A stretch of 64,000 nt of DNA from Eledone cirrhosa (GCA_964016885.1 OZ024742.1:20398001-20462000), one strand, 5' to 3'; numbered from the stretch's first letter, positions 44,070 through 58,105 are shown. A program made the numbers and translations. The notes: generated by a model from the sequence alone, not told the origin.

Positions 44070-45615
44070 TATCATAGATCAGCTCTATCATAGATCAGCT
44101 TTATCGTAGATCAGCTTTATCGTAGATCAGCTCTATCATAGATCAGCTCTGTCCTAGATCAGCTCTATCATAGATCAGCTCTATCATAGATCAGCTCTAT
44201 CATAGATCAGCTCTATCAGAGATCAGCTTTATCGTAGATCAGCTCTATCATAGATCAGCTCTATCATAGATCAGCTCTATCATGTCTTAACTGAGAATAG
44301 ACAATGAATATCATAGATCAGTTTTGTCATAAATCAGTTCTATCATAGATCAGCTCTATCATAGATCAGCTCTATCATAGATCAGCTCTATCAGAGATCA
44401 GTTCTATCATAGCCCAGTTTTGTCATAGATCAGCTCTATTATAGATCAGCTCTATCATAGATCAGCTATATCATAGATCATCTCTATCATAGATCAGCTC
44501 TATCATAGCCCAGTTTTGTCATAGATCAGCTCTATCATAGATGAGCCCTATCATAGATCAGCTCTATCATAGATCAGCTTTATTGTAGATCAGCTCTGTC
44601 ATAGATCAGTTCTATCATAGATCAGCTTTATCGTAGATCAGCTCTATCATAGATCAGCTCTATCATAGATCAGCTCTATCATAGATCAGCTTTATCGTAG
44701 ATCAGCTCTATCATAGATCAGCTCTGTCCTAGATCAGCTCTATCATAGATCAGCTCTATCATAGATCAGCTCTATCATAGATCAGCTCTATCAGAGATCA
44801 GCTTTATCGTAGATCAGCTCTATCATACATCAGCTCTATCATAGATCAGCTCTATCATGTCTTAACTGAGAATAGACAATGTATATCATAGATCAGTTTT
44901 GTCATAGATCAGTTCTATCATAGATCAGCTCTATCATAGATCAGCTCTATCATAGATCAGCTCTATCAGAGATCAGTTCTATCATAGCCCAGTTTTGTCA
45001 TAGATCAGCTCCATTATAGATCAGCTCTATCATAGATCAGCTATATCATAGATCATCTCTATCATAGATCAGCTCTATCATAGCCCAGTTTTGTCATAGA
45101 TCAGCTCTATCATAGATCAGCCCTATCATAGATCAGCTCTATCATAGATCAGCTTTATCGTAGATCAGCTCTGTCATAGATCAGTTCTATCATAGATCAG
45201 CTTTATCGTAGATCAGCTCTATCATAGATCAGCTCTATCATAGATCAGCTCTATCATAGATCAGCTTTATCGTAGATCAGCTCTATCATAGATCAGCTCT
45301 ATCATAGATCAGCTCTATCATATATCAGCTCTATCGTAGATCAGCTCTATCATAGATCAGCTCTATCATAGATCAGCTCTATCATAGATCAGCTTTATCG
45401 TAGATCAGCTCTATCATAGATCAGCTCTATCATATATCAGCTCTATCATAGCTCAGCTCTATCATAGCCCAGTTCTGTCATAGATCGATTCTATCATATA
45501 TCAGCTCTATCATATATCAGTTCTATCATAGATCAGCTTTATCATATATCAGCTCTATCATAGATCAGCTCTATCATAGCACAGTTCTGTCGGGTCTTAT
45601 CTGAGAATAGACAAT
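44070..45615. repeat. 16-bp minisatellite (AGATCAGCTCTATCAT)n with higher-order structure
   Basis: About 90 units; interrupting segment gtctta(a/t)ctgagaatagacaat at 44284, 44859 and 45594. Confidence 0.97.
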
Positions 45616-45916
45616 AAAACATATATCGTCGGTATGTATTAATTTATTGTTTTCCTTAAATCCATAAAACCTGGCGAAGTTCCTCTCTCTCTAGGTCTGA
45701 ACACAACTGTTTTCTTCCAGAGAAGGAAAAAGAGCTATAGAGAAGAGAGAAAGAGATGTAGAGGAAGAATCGATCCCAATACTGTAGTGTTACTTTTTCA
45801 TCAAATAATGTTTTAAGATTAAGGCCCAAGGCCAACAATTTGGGAACAAGGGAAAGGACTATTGAACTAACATCCGGAGTGTTACTGGTACTTCATTATA
45901 TCGACCCGGAAATAAT

Positions 45917-46085
45917 TGTTTCTACTTTTGGCACAAGGCCAGCAATTATCCCAGTGCATTACTGGTACTTTATTTTATCGACCCCGTAAAGATGAAAGGC
46001 AAAGTTAACCTCGGTGGGATTTGAACTCAGAATGGCAAGAGTCGTAACTCTATGCGTCAAAGCTTGGTGTCCGACCCTCTACCGA
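45917..46085 (-). mobile_element. tRNA-derived SINE with Meta/MESC-like core
   Basis: Reverse-complement homolog of 51566-51755. Confidence 0.8.
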
Positions 46086-47137
46086 TACTGCCAATCCACC
46101 TCAACGGTAATGTTAAGCTCGGTAGAATTTGAACTCAGAATACTGAGAGCTGGAGCGCTTACCGCAAAGTATACACTAGCTCTTTTTGATTACCAGCTGT
46201 GAGGTATACTCGATACTTCCTCCTAGTCTGTCATGGCTTACTACCTCTGTACGGACGCTTAAATTGATTAAGTAAATAAATAGATACAGACCATTGTACC
46301 ATTTCGCCGTCTAAATATTTATTAAAGAGAAATCAAATCTATTTAAGAAGCAAGAATAAACTTATGTTCCGAATCTAACTTTATGTGAGACAACAGTCAT
46401 GTAGGTGCAGTATCTTGGTTATCTGGAATAGAAATATTATAAACGGCGCAATGGACTCATCACCCTCTATATTAATAATTGATCCTCTGATAATGTACTG
46501 CATAACTTTACAAATATTTGTATACTATTACTAACACTTGATCTAGTATAAGATTTATGGGGAAAATATTTTGAATTAAAAATCTGAATTTAATTATATT
46601 ATTTAATACTTAGCAGTTGAATATAATTACTTGATTCTATTACTTCATTATTTTATAGAAATTATATTTCAGATATAATTAAGTTATAGTTATCTTCGCA
46701 GAATTTTAACACCCTTGAACAAAGTATCGAAAAAATACACTACTATAATTTTAACTTTATTGTAAATGGATTGAACAACAATGGTTTTATTCTGGAAGCG
46801 TAAATAATGTATACAGCTGAGTGTAAAATATTTAATTTAAAGCATAAATATTTATCGCTGATAATTATAATTTATCCATGAGTTATTTTAATAGTTATCT
46901 GTAACGTCTTTTGTTGTTGTTTTGGGATAAAAGCAGTTCTTAAGCGAAGCAGAATATCGCTGCAAAAAAAATGATAATTTCTTCTTGGGAATGTAAAATT
47001 ATCGGCAGACATATACAAAGCTAAAAGAATCCCTTGTTGATATCTAAGCATTTAAACTGGATATACAATACGGTATTCGTCACAAATACAAGTTCTGAAC
47101 TTTCTATCTACTTGAATAATAAATATATCCCTATAGA

Positions 47138-47450
<313 letters not shown>

Positions 47451-48798
47451 AAAGACACAGAAGCGAAAAGCGAAAACCAACCAAACAGTGAGTGTGTTCT
47501 GTTATTAATTCTGGCAATATTACACAAATATGACCCTCCCCAAGTATATATATATATATATATATACAGATAGATAGATAGATATATACTTGAACTGACA
47601 CACTACACATATACGTATGTGTGAAAATTATACGTCTATGTTTATTTATAAATGAATTAGTCTGTTTTCTGTTGGTTTTTTTCTTTCTCTTTTAATTTTC
47701 TATACCAATAAAAGAAATGATAAAGTTACGATTCATCTCTTCTGTCTCATTACAACTGCTCTCTTTCGATATTCTACAGTTGGATAGAAAAGTCAGAAGT
47801 AATATCATGCAACAGAACAAAAGAAAACACCAATATTTATCTAGGATTATTCAGAAGAAAAAATACCAATTCTATGAATGATGCAAATATATAGTTTTAT
47901 TTGTTGTTTATTGTTTGGGTTTTTTCATTTTAATTTATTGTTCTTCACACATCAAGCACAGAAATGTTTTTCAGTTTAGGATTTTTAAAGTAAACCTTCC
48001 TGCTTTGCCATCATTCTATAGAAACTATATAACAATGCCAAAATCTCTTTTGTGTGGACAGTTGCAACTTTGAAATATGATCAACATTATCGTTACGTAC
48101 AAATGAATCTGACCTTTTGTTTTGTCCAACATATTTCTGGTAGAGTTAGTTCGAAACAGAATTTGATTCTATTCATCTGGAGTAATAGATAAGACAAACT
48201 GGACGCTTTTACTAAAATGATTCATTCAAGTCGAAGAAAATATGATTGGAAGCGTGAAATGATAGCACAGAAAGAACAATTCTTTGCAACGAAAACTAAA
48301 ATGTGATGCCTTCACGTCACTTCTTTAGATTTACTCGTAAGAATATATCTGTTAGTTTGTAACATTTAATTGGTAAATATAGTGCAACCATATGATTCAA
48401 AGAGATGTCTATTTTCCTTCTTTTCTAATTATGATAATAGTTAATGGGATTGGTTATTACCAATTATATGGATAAATATCATTCTAGATTATATTATATT
48501 ATATTTCTTTTTTCTTTTAAGCAAACAGAGAATACATACTTTAGTTACGTTGATGTTTGTAAGTGGAAGATTTATTTAACTCACAAAGTTTTTTCAGAGA
48601 TACCCCAATAACCTAATGGATTAATGGTTTTTTCCACCATATTTCCTGAAAATGATAATTCTGTTCTTCCTAGACACTGGAGACTAAAACAAAAAACATC
48701 AGACTAAATAGTATACGCTAACTTCGAAAAAGTATTTCTTACCTTTATATCTCTCCCGGATTAATAAACATGAGTACTCCACAGGAATTTGGAATTTC

Positions 48799-48852
<54 letters not shown>

Positions 48853-48854
<2 letters not shown>

Positions 48855-49087
48855 GGAAAAGAGTCAGGACCCCCCCCCCCCCCGATAGCAGAGCTCACGC
48901 GGTTTCGATGGCTATTTCTGGACTAAATCCAGTCCATTGAATTTAGTCCAGAAATAGCCGTCGAAACGGCGTGAGCTCTGCCGTCGGGGTCCTGACTCTT
49001 TTCCTATTACCCACTCTACTACCCAAAGTATCGAGTACTCTGGTGCGTTATGGTCCACATGGTTCCTTACCACACTTCCTTCGTTAT
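48853..49087 (+). mobile_element. Miniature two-armed insertion of a PLE family E relative
   Basis: Inverted arms 48853-48929 vs 48941-49006. Homologous to 32760-32820 and to the reverse complement of 27385-27530. Contains the 3' half of the hammerhead. Confidence 0.88.
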
Positions 49088-49264
49088 GTATATATATATA
49101 TATAAGCACTATTATGGGTGAAATTGTAAGAGCAATAGACACATGGCGTGTTTTCGTCTTGAAACCACTAGTAGTGCGAAGTCAAATTTTACTGTTAACA
49201 TAAATAAAAGTACATATTATATATATGTGTGTGTGTGTGTGTGTGTATGTGTGTGTGTGTGTGT

Positions 49265-49355
49265 GTGTGTTTGATGAGCAATCGATTTCAGAGTCGGGCC
49301 CAATTACTACCGATCGTAACTTGAGCTGATCGATCGCGAAACGCGCGTCACGTGT
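49265..49355 (+). ncRNA. Hammerhead ribozyme-like motif in a short island
   Basis: TTGATGA GC a ATCGAT..ATCGAT c GC GAAAC GCGC GTC acgtgt; palindromic stem III. Confidence 0.72.
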
Positions 49356-49412
49356 GAATTAACATATTGATGTTATATTGATACTTCGTGTCTGCTCATT
49401 ATATATATATAT

Positions 49413-50012
49413 TTCTAGGGCGGGTAAAATTCCCGAGATCCATGGACGAGTTCTCTCCAGCGGTCTCTGTCCCTCATTATCGCTGCCATGTCCTGCGTCT
49501 CCAACAGACCAGTGTCTGTCCTTAGGGCATCAATATACGTTAACCTTCGTCTTCCTCTTCCAGTGTGTCCATGTAGGGGCTCCCACAGGAGCACTGAGTG
49601 CAATGTCAACTCTGGATGTCGGTGAGCATGTCCAGCTAACCTCAGTCTCCAGGAGGCAGGGGATTTGATGCAGGAGGTTGAGACTGTGTCGATGAGTGTG
49701 GGGCTGAGAATGAATGAGACTAAAACAAAATATCTGGTAGAGAATGTTGAGAAGTCCGAGGGGATCACTAATGTAGGCGGGAAGCCGCTAGAATTGGTTG
49801 AGGACTTTCTGTATTTGGGAGCAAAGATTGGGAATACGGAAGATGATGTGGTTGAGAGGAAGAGCAAAGCCTGGGCGGCGTGCCACAGCTTGAGATCGGT
49901 GTGGAAGTCGGACCTTTGTAAAGACCTGAAAATCCGCCTCTTCATTGCTGTAGTGGAGTCTGTGCTGCTGTACGGGTCTGAGACTTGGACACTGACCAAG
50001 AAACTCACTCAG
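49413..50012. mobile_element. RTE-clade LINE remnant with 5' inversion
   Basis: 49413-49650 (-) RLRLAGHAHRH..GRRRLTYID..DRDRW; 49651-50012 (+) GLRMNETKTKY..FLYLG..LLYGSETW; (TA)n on both sides. Confidence 0.88.
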
Positions 50013-50088
50013 ATATATATATATATATATATAATTGTTTCTAATTTAGGCACAAGGCCAGCAATTACCAAGTGCATTACTGGTACTT

Positions 50089-50125
<37 letters not shown>

Positions 50126-50459
50126 GAACTTTAGGCAGATATAACTACCGTTTTATGTGTTAATTAAAGACCATAATTGTGAAAAGAATGACGTATGAAA
50201 GTGTAAACAATTATTCCTCTGTTGACAGAAATACATAAAAGATTATTGTTATGGAATTCAGATATTAGTATGTCCACATCATCGAATAAATACCCATGCG
50301 GTTTTCTGTACAATGAAACAGTGCTAGGATAACACTATATATGTCATACAGAATATGTATTGTGGTGCAAGGCTTTACATATAAAAACGTGTTGAAACAG
50401 ATATTGTTATATTTGGGGCGGGTCATGTTGTCTTAATATTGCCAAAAACAATGATAATT

Positions 50460-50672
50460 TCTTGTATAGGCACAAGGCCAGCAATTCGAGAGGAGGGGAA
50501 AGTCGATTAAATCGACCCCAGTGCGTGAATGGTACTTTATTCCATCGACCCCCGTAAGGATGAAAGGCAAAGTTAACCTCGGCGGGATTTGAACTCAGAC
50601 CATAAAGGGCTGTGACTCCATGCAGCAAAGCATGGCGTCCGAGCCTCTACAGATACTGCCAATCCACCGCCC
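50460..50672 (-). mobile_element. tRNA-derived SINE with Meta/MESC-like core
   Basis: A box tggcagtatctg, B box gttcaaatcc, core actttgcctttcatcc..ggggtcgat. Confidence 0.85.
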
Positions 50673-51565
50673 TATTGCCAAAAATAATAATAAAATACAC
50701 TCACTGTTTGGTTTGGTTTTCACTTCAGTTCAGTATGTCTTTATATTTTTATAAATAATTTAGCTGGCAATCAATGTTTATCATTGATTGACCAACAGTT
50801 AAAATTATAAATAAAAATATAATTTCTCCAAGTTTCTCAAGTTCTTTCGTCACTCATTTTCTGTGACATCTTTGCAGTGTTCGTTTCAGCTTTCGTTTCA
50901 GTGTTCGTTTCAGTCGCAGTCAAATTTATCTTTCATCCATTCGAGGTCGATAACAAAAGTACCAGTCGAGTACTGGGGTCGATTCGTCTTCTATGTCTCT
51001 TTCTCACTCCCATTATCTATCCGTCTCTGGAAGAAATTTACTCTTCATACCTGGAGAGAGATAGGCTCTGTCAGGTTTAAAATGCACAGGAAATGCCGTA
51101 TATCCTTATGACCCCATACCATACCATTAAATGGGGAAACAAAAGAAAAATTGTTTTTATAAATAATAGACATTTTAAAAGGTTATTTTATTTCTCTTCT
51201 ATCTCTGTATCCGTTGCACGTGCAATGTACTGTTAAGAAAATATTTCTCTCATTCCTTTAAAACATTTATTTACAAAAATGTCTGCTTGGGTGGTGGGAG
51301 AGAAACAATTAGAACCAATCGTATTTAGTATTGGTATTCACATGCAGTCCGAATCTGTCCCCGGCATCTGTTTTGCAGTAGTCCATGGTTTTCAGCTTCA
51401 AGTAGAAGTAGCAGATTACACTAACTGTTAGGCCTGTACATAGACAGGTGCACACAAACATATGACAATTGTTCTTTTTCTCTCTCCCTGCTGATTTAGG
51501 AATACCAAATTCAATGACGTTTTTGAAGTTCTTGTAAACTTTTTTATTATTTTTGCCAAGTGTAT

Positions 51566-51755
51566 GGCGATGGATTGGCAGTATCGGTAGAGGGTCTGAC
51601 GCCATGCTTTACAGCAAAGAGTTACGGCCCCTTATGGTCTAAGTTCAAATCCTGCCGAGGCTAACTTTGCCTTTCATCATTAAGGGGTCGATAAAATAAA
51701 GCACCAGTAATACACTGGGATAATTGCTGGCCTTGTGCCAAAAGTAGAAACAATT
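51566..51755 (+). mobile_element. tRNA-derived SINE with Meta/MESC-like core
   Basis: TGGCAGTATCGG (A box), GTTCAAATCC (B box), ctttgcctttcatc..ggggtcgataaaataaagcaccag. Confidence 0.85.
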
Positions 51756-51782
51756 ATTTTTGCCAAGTGTGTAATGTATGAT

Positions 51783-52080
51783 AGGTGAGGAAATGGCCAA
51801 GTTATTAGAAGGTCTGATAGAATGCTATGCGGTATTCGTCCGTCTCTGTTCTCAGAATTTAAATCCCGCCGAGGTCAACTTTGCCTTTCAGACTTTCGAG
51901 GTCGATAATAAAAAGTACCAGTCTAGTTCTGGGGGTCGTTTCTTCCTTTATACCTCTTTCTCACTTCCTCTTTCACTTTCTATCCTGCTATGTTCAGAGC
52001 AGGAGAGAGGTAGGCTCCGCAAAGTTTAAAATGCAGAGAAACGCCACTACGGCATTCCATCAGGAGTTACGGGACCATGC
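51783..52080 (+). mobile_element. Longer Meta-core SINE variant with a different 3' tail
   Basis: Same core followed by gttcaga..ggagagag..ctccg..gtttaaa..ctacgg..catcaggagtta. Related copies at ~50915-51115, 55178-55400 (-), 56359-56735, 59940-60355, 45660-45800 (-). Confidence 0.7.
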
Positions 52081-53574
52081 ATACCTGATGTATGTCTCTC
52101 GTTGTAACGATTATGAGTTTCCTATAACGTAGTCGAAACTATGCTATATTGAATCATCTGTATGTATCTATGTGTCTTTAGACTTAACTACTGAGAGTTT
52201 CCTATCGCTTCACCGAAACTAATGTCTACTAAATCATGTATAATCTGTCTCTAGTTGTAACTGTAGCTTTCCTATATCCTACCCCTGCTGTATTTTGGAA
52301 ATTACTGAAATAACTGATAATCTATTTATGCGAGGAATGGGGTAAATTAGATAGTTATACAACAACTTGTCAAATATATAATAGATATGCTAGGATTGTT
52401 GATGATTAATAATTAAACAATCTCTTAACTAATTAAAAAGAAGGAGTCAAATCGAATCAAGGAAATAGAGTTTCCATTGGTTTTTCAATTTTTGATACAA
52501 TCTGTCGGTCTCAAGTGTAGGGACAAGTGGGTAAGATTTAAACTCAGAACATACAGATCAGGTCCAGATACCACAAAATATCCTATTCGATTCTTTTCCG
52601 ATTTCACCAATCCTTCACCCCTGGACTTCATTTATCGACCTCAAAATGATAAAAAGACAAAGGTGATCTCGGCAGGGTTTGAACCCAGAAGGTAGCAAGC
52701 CAAAACAAATATCGAGGTATTTATTCTGACGCTCTAACAACTGATTCAATTCACCGAGAAACAACACTATATCGCGTTTGTGTTATAGATACACCTCTCT
52801 TTATAAACACACAACATGAAGAAAGTAGTCATTAGACATACTGCTGGAAGAGAATTGAATACTCGGATTAGATGCTGCAAGCTAGAAATTTAATTTGCTG
52901 TCAGGTTTTTCCCAGAGGAAAACATTAAGCAGTCAGCTGTTTTTGATGCCCTTTCTTTGTAACAGAATCGTTGAAAGTATAATAAATCCGATAGAATTAT
53001 ATCTTAAAAGTCACACGAACTCAAATCACATTTCGAATAGCTAATGGGAACTCACAGACAATACATAAATCAATCACAGGTTTAAGATCTAAAGTTGAAT
53101 TTTGCCAGAATTTGCAACAGATGTGACAAATTTAGAAAACTAACGAAGCTGTAGTTTTGAAAGAACCGTCGATATGGTCACTTCACTTTGCTAATCAATC
53201 TCTCAATATAAATTGAATTTTCTTCAATTCTAAAGATTAGCGTAAAATACGGAATAAAGTATGAGAAAGTGTAATGACCGTACAGGAAGTGAGTCAGTAG
53301 TAATGATTAAGACATTTTCATTCTCACTGTTCATCATGTTGTACATAGATGCAATGAAAAAGTACACCTTCTCATTGTGCGCTATTGTTTAACCGTTCTG
53401 TGTTCAAATCAACACCGAGGGTTAGGAAACACCACGCAATTGATTTTACTTCGTAAAATTCATGTTTGCATAAGCAGTTTCTACTTGGAATGGTTCTAGA
53501 AAAAGGTTAGTGCCCATGACCTCCAGGGACCCTCCGAGGCCGGTGGAATCTATACCTTGATCTATTTAAATTAA

Positions 53575-53690
53575 TTGTTTCTACTTTTGGCACAAGGCCA
53601 GCAATTGCCCAGTGCATTACTGGTACTTTATTTTATCGACTCCGTAAGGATGAAAGGCAAAGTTAACCTCGACGGGATTTGAACTCAGAC
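53575..53690 (-). mobile_element. Truncated Meta-core SINE
   Basis: Near-identical to 45917-46030. Confidence 0.8.
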
Positions 53691-54082
53691 TGAGTTCTAT
53701 TTAAGTCTGAGTTCTATTTAAATTAATACAAATTCACTCCTTTTTGAAATTATGAGCAAAGAGGGATTTCCAACAGACCGGCGATCTGAGATGGAAGGAC
53801 CGTGTTTGGTAGTTAATGTAGTCTGTGGGCATTAACGATGAAAGGAAGGGAGACAAGCGAGTCGAGAGTGCGTAGTGGAGAGAGATGTCATGTATTTACC
53901 AAGTTCCAAGGTGTAGAAACGGTAGAAGAGGTAGGAGAGAAGACAAGACTGTGTTAACAGAGGCGGAAAATGTTAAATCTATAAACCGAGTGACTTTTTC
54001 TAGATGTGGTCTAGCTTGGCCCAACTTCGCCTATAACGTCTTCTTGTGTCTATTTTCAAACCTAAAGATTTGAGACTGTGAA

Positions 54083-54410
54083 GGCACGTGACATAATGGT
54101 TCAGATATTTTGCTAACGACCATTATGTTGTGAGTTCGATTCCTCTTGGTACGTTGAGTCTTTGGTCAAAATCCTTCTTTCACGTTGCTCTACTTCACTC
54201 AGCTGGCAAAAACGAATTATATCGGTAATTCAAATTACCAGCTTTATCATACACTGTATCACACTGAAACTTCCTGAAAACGATATTATAGATGCACGTG
54301 TCTGTGGAATGCTCAGCCACTTGCCCCTTAATTTCACAAGCAGTCTGTTCCGATGTTCGATCAACTAGAACAGTCGTTGTTGGAAGCGACAGAGGTCCCA
54401 CAACAAAAAC
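54083..54410 (+). mobile_element. Second tRNA-derived SINE family (CORE/V-like middle)
   Basis: B box gagttcgattcc; homologous to the reverse complement of 58440-58760 (cactcagctggcaaaaa, gtgtctgtggaatgctcagccac). Confidence 0.75.
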
Positions 54411-56358
54411 TATCTGATGAAATTGTTATATAAAGTATTTCAACGTGAATATTATTATAACAGCCTTCTTTCTAAATCAATTAATAACAATTTTATTTCA
54501 AAAGTCACTTCTTTTGCTGCAAAATCCCTCACTGTATTTAAACTTCATATTTATCATGTATCTGTTGTGTTGTCAGAAATAATATATGAAGATCCGTCAG
54601 TCACAGAGTACACGAAACAGTTCAGAATCTAAATTTCGTGTTTTAAGAATAAATATATAAATAGTTTACTACGATATCTGTACAGATTGGATTCAGCGAT
54701 AAAGTATTCCCGTTAGAAGGCCTCATTGAAAAACAGTGGTAAACATGTCATGTAGCTAAACCCGCTGCTTCAGAGAAGTTCTTCATAGCGGTGCAGTCTA
54801 TCAGCAAATGTTGAGTGGTTTATCATACATAATATCCAATGACAGTTTACATCATAAACACACAACTGCAAGAATTGAACAACGTGGATTTCTATTAATT
54901 TTCTTTGTTTTTCTTTTCCTTTCTTTTCTTTCCTTAACAACTATTTTGAGAAAGCTTCATATCAATTATTCTCAAACAGGATTTTAGTTTTAACACAGAA
55001 ATGTAATTAATCCATCCCTTCACCACACACACTTCTCTTATTTAAGTGTGTTCGTTATTTTCCTTTACATTGACACAAATCCATAACATTGTAGAGAGAT
55101 GGGGGAGAGCATAGTCCATTAAATTTATCCCAGTTTATGATTTGTACTGATTTTGTATGTATGGAACCGTAAATCCTGATAGTCGTGGGGGCGTCGTCAT
55201 GGCATATGGCGTAGTTTCTGCACTTTAAACTTGGAAAGAAAATGGAATTAAGAAAGAAATAGAGAGGAAGAATTGACCTCAATACGGGACTGGTGCATTT
55301 TTAACATTGAAAGGATGAAAAGAAATTTGGCTTCCACGCTCAACTGAGAGCGCAGGCAGTCGGAAAAAATAACGCAAAGCATTCAATGTTTTATTCGCCT
55401 CCTGACACTTATTTTATAGACGCCAAAGAATGAAGGCAAATGTGACCATTGTAGAATATGAGCTCAGAATGCATGAGCATGGATTAAAATAATAGGTCGT
55501 GTTTTCCATACGAAATATGGTGACGAAGTTGGTACCGTCTATTCTGAGACTTTCTCTAGGATCAATAAAATAAATAGCATTAATATATGGTCCCTTGCTT
55601 AATTGTGGAGGCATGTGTTTTAAAATTGTTATTTTCATGCAGAAAAGAGGTTGTGTTGTTTTATATTTATTTTATTTTCCTTAAAAAACATATGTCGAAT
55701 CGCATCTCAATTTATAAAATGAAAATCAATGGGAAAACAGGTTTCGTGTACGGCAAACTTTTTGAGAAAGCATTACTTCAGTATTGAGATATACAGTAAA
55801 ATATATTTAATTCTATTTTTCTCGTGTCAGAATGGTGAAGGTTGAATGTCTCAAGAATCCATAAAAATATATCACTTTTTAGAAATTCAGATATAGACTA
55901 AAGTTCTCAAGCCTGCCTCAATAAAATGTCAAGTTTTATATTATTTTACGGACAAATGTAGCGTTCACTGACTGATTTACATATATTTCCCATAATTCAA
56001 CGCTATTGTGTATGCGACTGACCGCCAGTAGTCACGATTCTAATAAACTTTAAATGTAAATAGATGTAAATTGCAGTGATAGTTCGGCCATTTTATCTGT
56101 CAGTAGCTTTATAAAAGTCTGTTTATATTATATTAGAAAATGCCAAAAATATTGGCAGGTTTGTTAGTGCGACGAGATTGAACTATGAACCTTTGGAAAA
56201 CTATTGGGGCGGAGAAATTGTTGTTGCACTTTCTAAACGTTAAGATAAAAATAAAATGTTTATCGGTATTTTTTACTGTTTTTAAGTGTTGGCTGTTTCA
56301 GCATGGTTGGCATATCTCACTTATAAATGTACTTTAGCAAGAAACATTATGCCAATGG

Positions 56359-56735
56359 GCGGCGAATTGGCAAGGTCGACAGCACGTTGAATAGAAAGCC
56401 ACGTGGTATTATTACCCGCGTTATGCATTCGAATCTCCCCGAAGTCAACTTTGCCTTTCGTTCTTTCGAGGTAAATAAAGTACAGGTCTAGTACTGGGGC
56501 CAATTCTTACTCTATATTTCCTTTTCTTTCTCACTCTCTCACACCCACACTCTCTCTCACACTCTCTCTATCTATCTATCTCTATCTGTCTCTCTCTCAC
56601 ACACACACTCTCTCGTGCACTGGAGGAAATCGGTTATTTTTACTCATGGAGAGAGATGGGGACCACCGAGTTTAAACTCCCATCACATGCCGTACATGAC
56701 TACGGTGCCCCTACGACTCTGTCAGGAGTTAAGTG
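56359..56735 (+). mobile_element. Longer Meta-core SINE variant
   Basis: ggcggcgaattggca head, actttgcctttc core, shared tail. Confidence 0.7.
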
Positions 56736-56984
56736 CCCACGCATGTATTATAGCATTGTATTTTTACCCTACTAAAACTTAAATACAGGTACAGGAGGAG
56801 AGATATTGATATCAGAAATATGATATCAGCTAGTTCAACGACTCGGTGGTGATAATGGCTGTGGTGGTGGTAGTAGTATTTGTAGACGTCAGGGTCGTGG
56901 GTTAGCAGTATCGGTAGATATGTTTGGGGATATTTGTTCCGGGTCTTTAAATTCTGGTTACAAATACCGCTAAGATCTCAATCC

Positions 56985-57860
56985 AATTAACCCTCTCACC
57001 CAATTTTTACCAGTTTATATGAGTTAACCCACTCACCCTGTCTACACCCAGTTAACCCTCTCACCCAGTCTACACCAAGTTAACCCACAAAACCTGTTTA
57101 CACCCAGTTAACCCACTCACCCAGTCTACACCCAGTTAACCCACTCACCCTGTCTACACTCAGTTAACTCTCTCACCCAGTCTACACCCAGTTAACCCTC
57201 TCACCCAGTCTACACCCAGTTAACACACTCACCCTGTCTACACCCAATTAACCCACTCACCCTGTCTACACCCAGTTAACACACTCACCCAGTCTACACC
57301 CAGTTAAAACACTCACCCTGTCTACACCCAATTAAGCCACTCACCCAGTCTACACCCAGTTAACCCTCTCACCCTGTCTACACCCAGTTAACCCTCTCAC
57401 CCAGTCTACACCCAGTTAACCCACTCACCCAGTCTACACCCAGTTAACACACTCACCCTGTCTACACCCAGTTAACACACTCACCCTGTCTACACCCAGT
57501 TAAAACACTCACCCTGTCTACACCCAATTAACACACTCACCCAGTCTACACCCAGTTAACACACTCACCCTGTCTACACCCAGTTAACACTCTCACCCAG
57601 TCTACACCCAATTAACACACTCACCCTGTCTACACCCAGTTAACCCTCTCACCCAGTCTACACCCAGTTAGCCCTCTCACCCAGTCTACACCCAGTTAAC
57701 ACACTCACCCTGTCTACACCCAGTTAACCCACTCACCCTGTCTACACCCAGTTAACCCTCTCCCCCAGTCTACACCCAGTTAACCCTCTCACCCAGTCTA
57801 CATCCAGTTAACCCTCTCACATTTAATTTCCTCCCATTTAACCCCTTCACCCAGTCTACA
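56985..57860. repeat. 28-bp minisatellite (CCCAGTTAACCCACTCACCCAGTCTACA)n
   Basis: About 30 tandem units; the unit contains two ACCCAGT sub-repeats. Confidence 0.97.
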
Positions 57861-58105
57861 TGGGTTTGTGGTTAGAATGTCTCAGGAAATAATCGCTGGA
57901 GAGATTTTTACGGGCAAACCCAGCCAGCAGGAGACGCAGGGCTAGACCCCGTACAATATAGTTGGATAACATCCATGAGCTCAGCTGGTCTTGATTGGGG
58001 ATCCAGCCTGATCAGTTGGAGACGGTTGCTTTTGACAGGACCCTGTCTATATTAATCACTTTACGCAGTTTCCGCTGAGTTAATCCTCCCACGCCCTCCC
58101 AGGAG
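57860..58105 (+). mobile_element. Decayed RTE LINE 3' remnant
   Basis: Frameshifted GFVVRMSQE..RRRARPRTI*LDNI..LGIQPDQLETVAFDR, resembling the RTE C-terminal GRP..W.D..A.DR. Confidence 0.6.

Noticed and set aside
44070-45615. CRISPR array
   Set aside because: Contiguous 16-bp units with no unique spacers; eukaryotic context; no cas genes
56985-57860. CRISPR or telomeric repeat
   Set aside because: Head-to-tail 28-bp units without spacers; the TTAACCC-like words are not a (TTAGGG)n array
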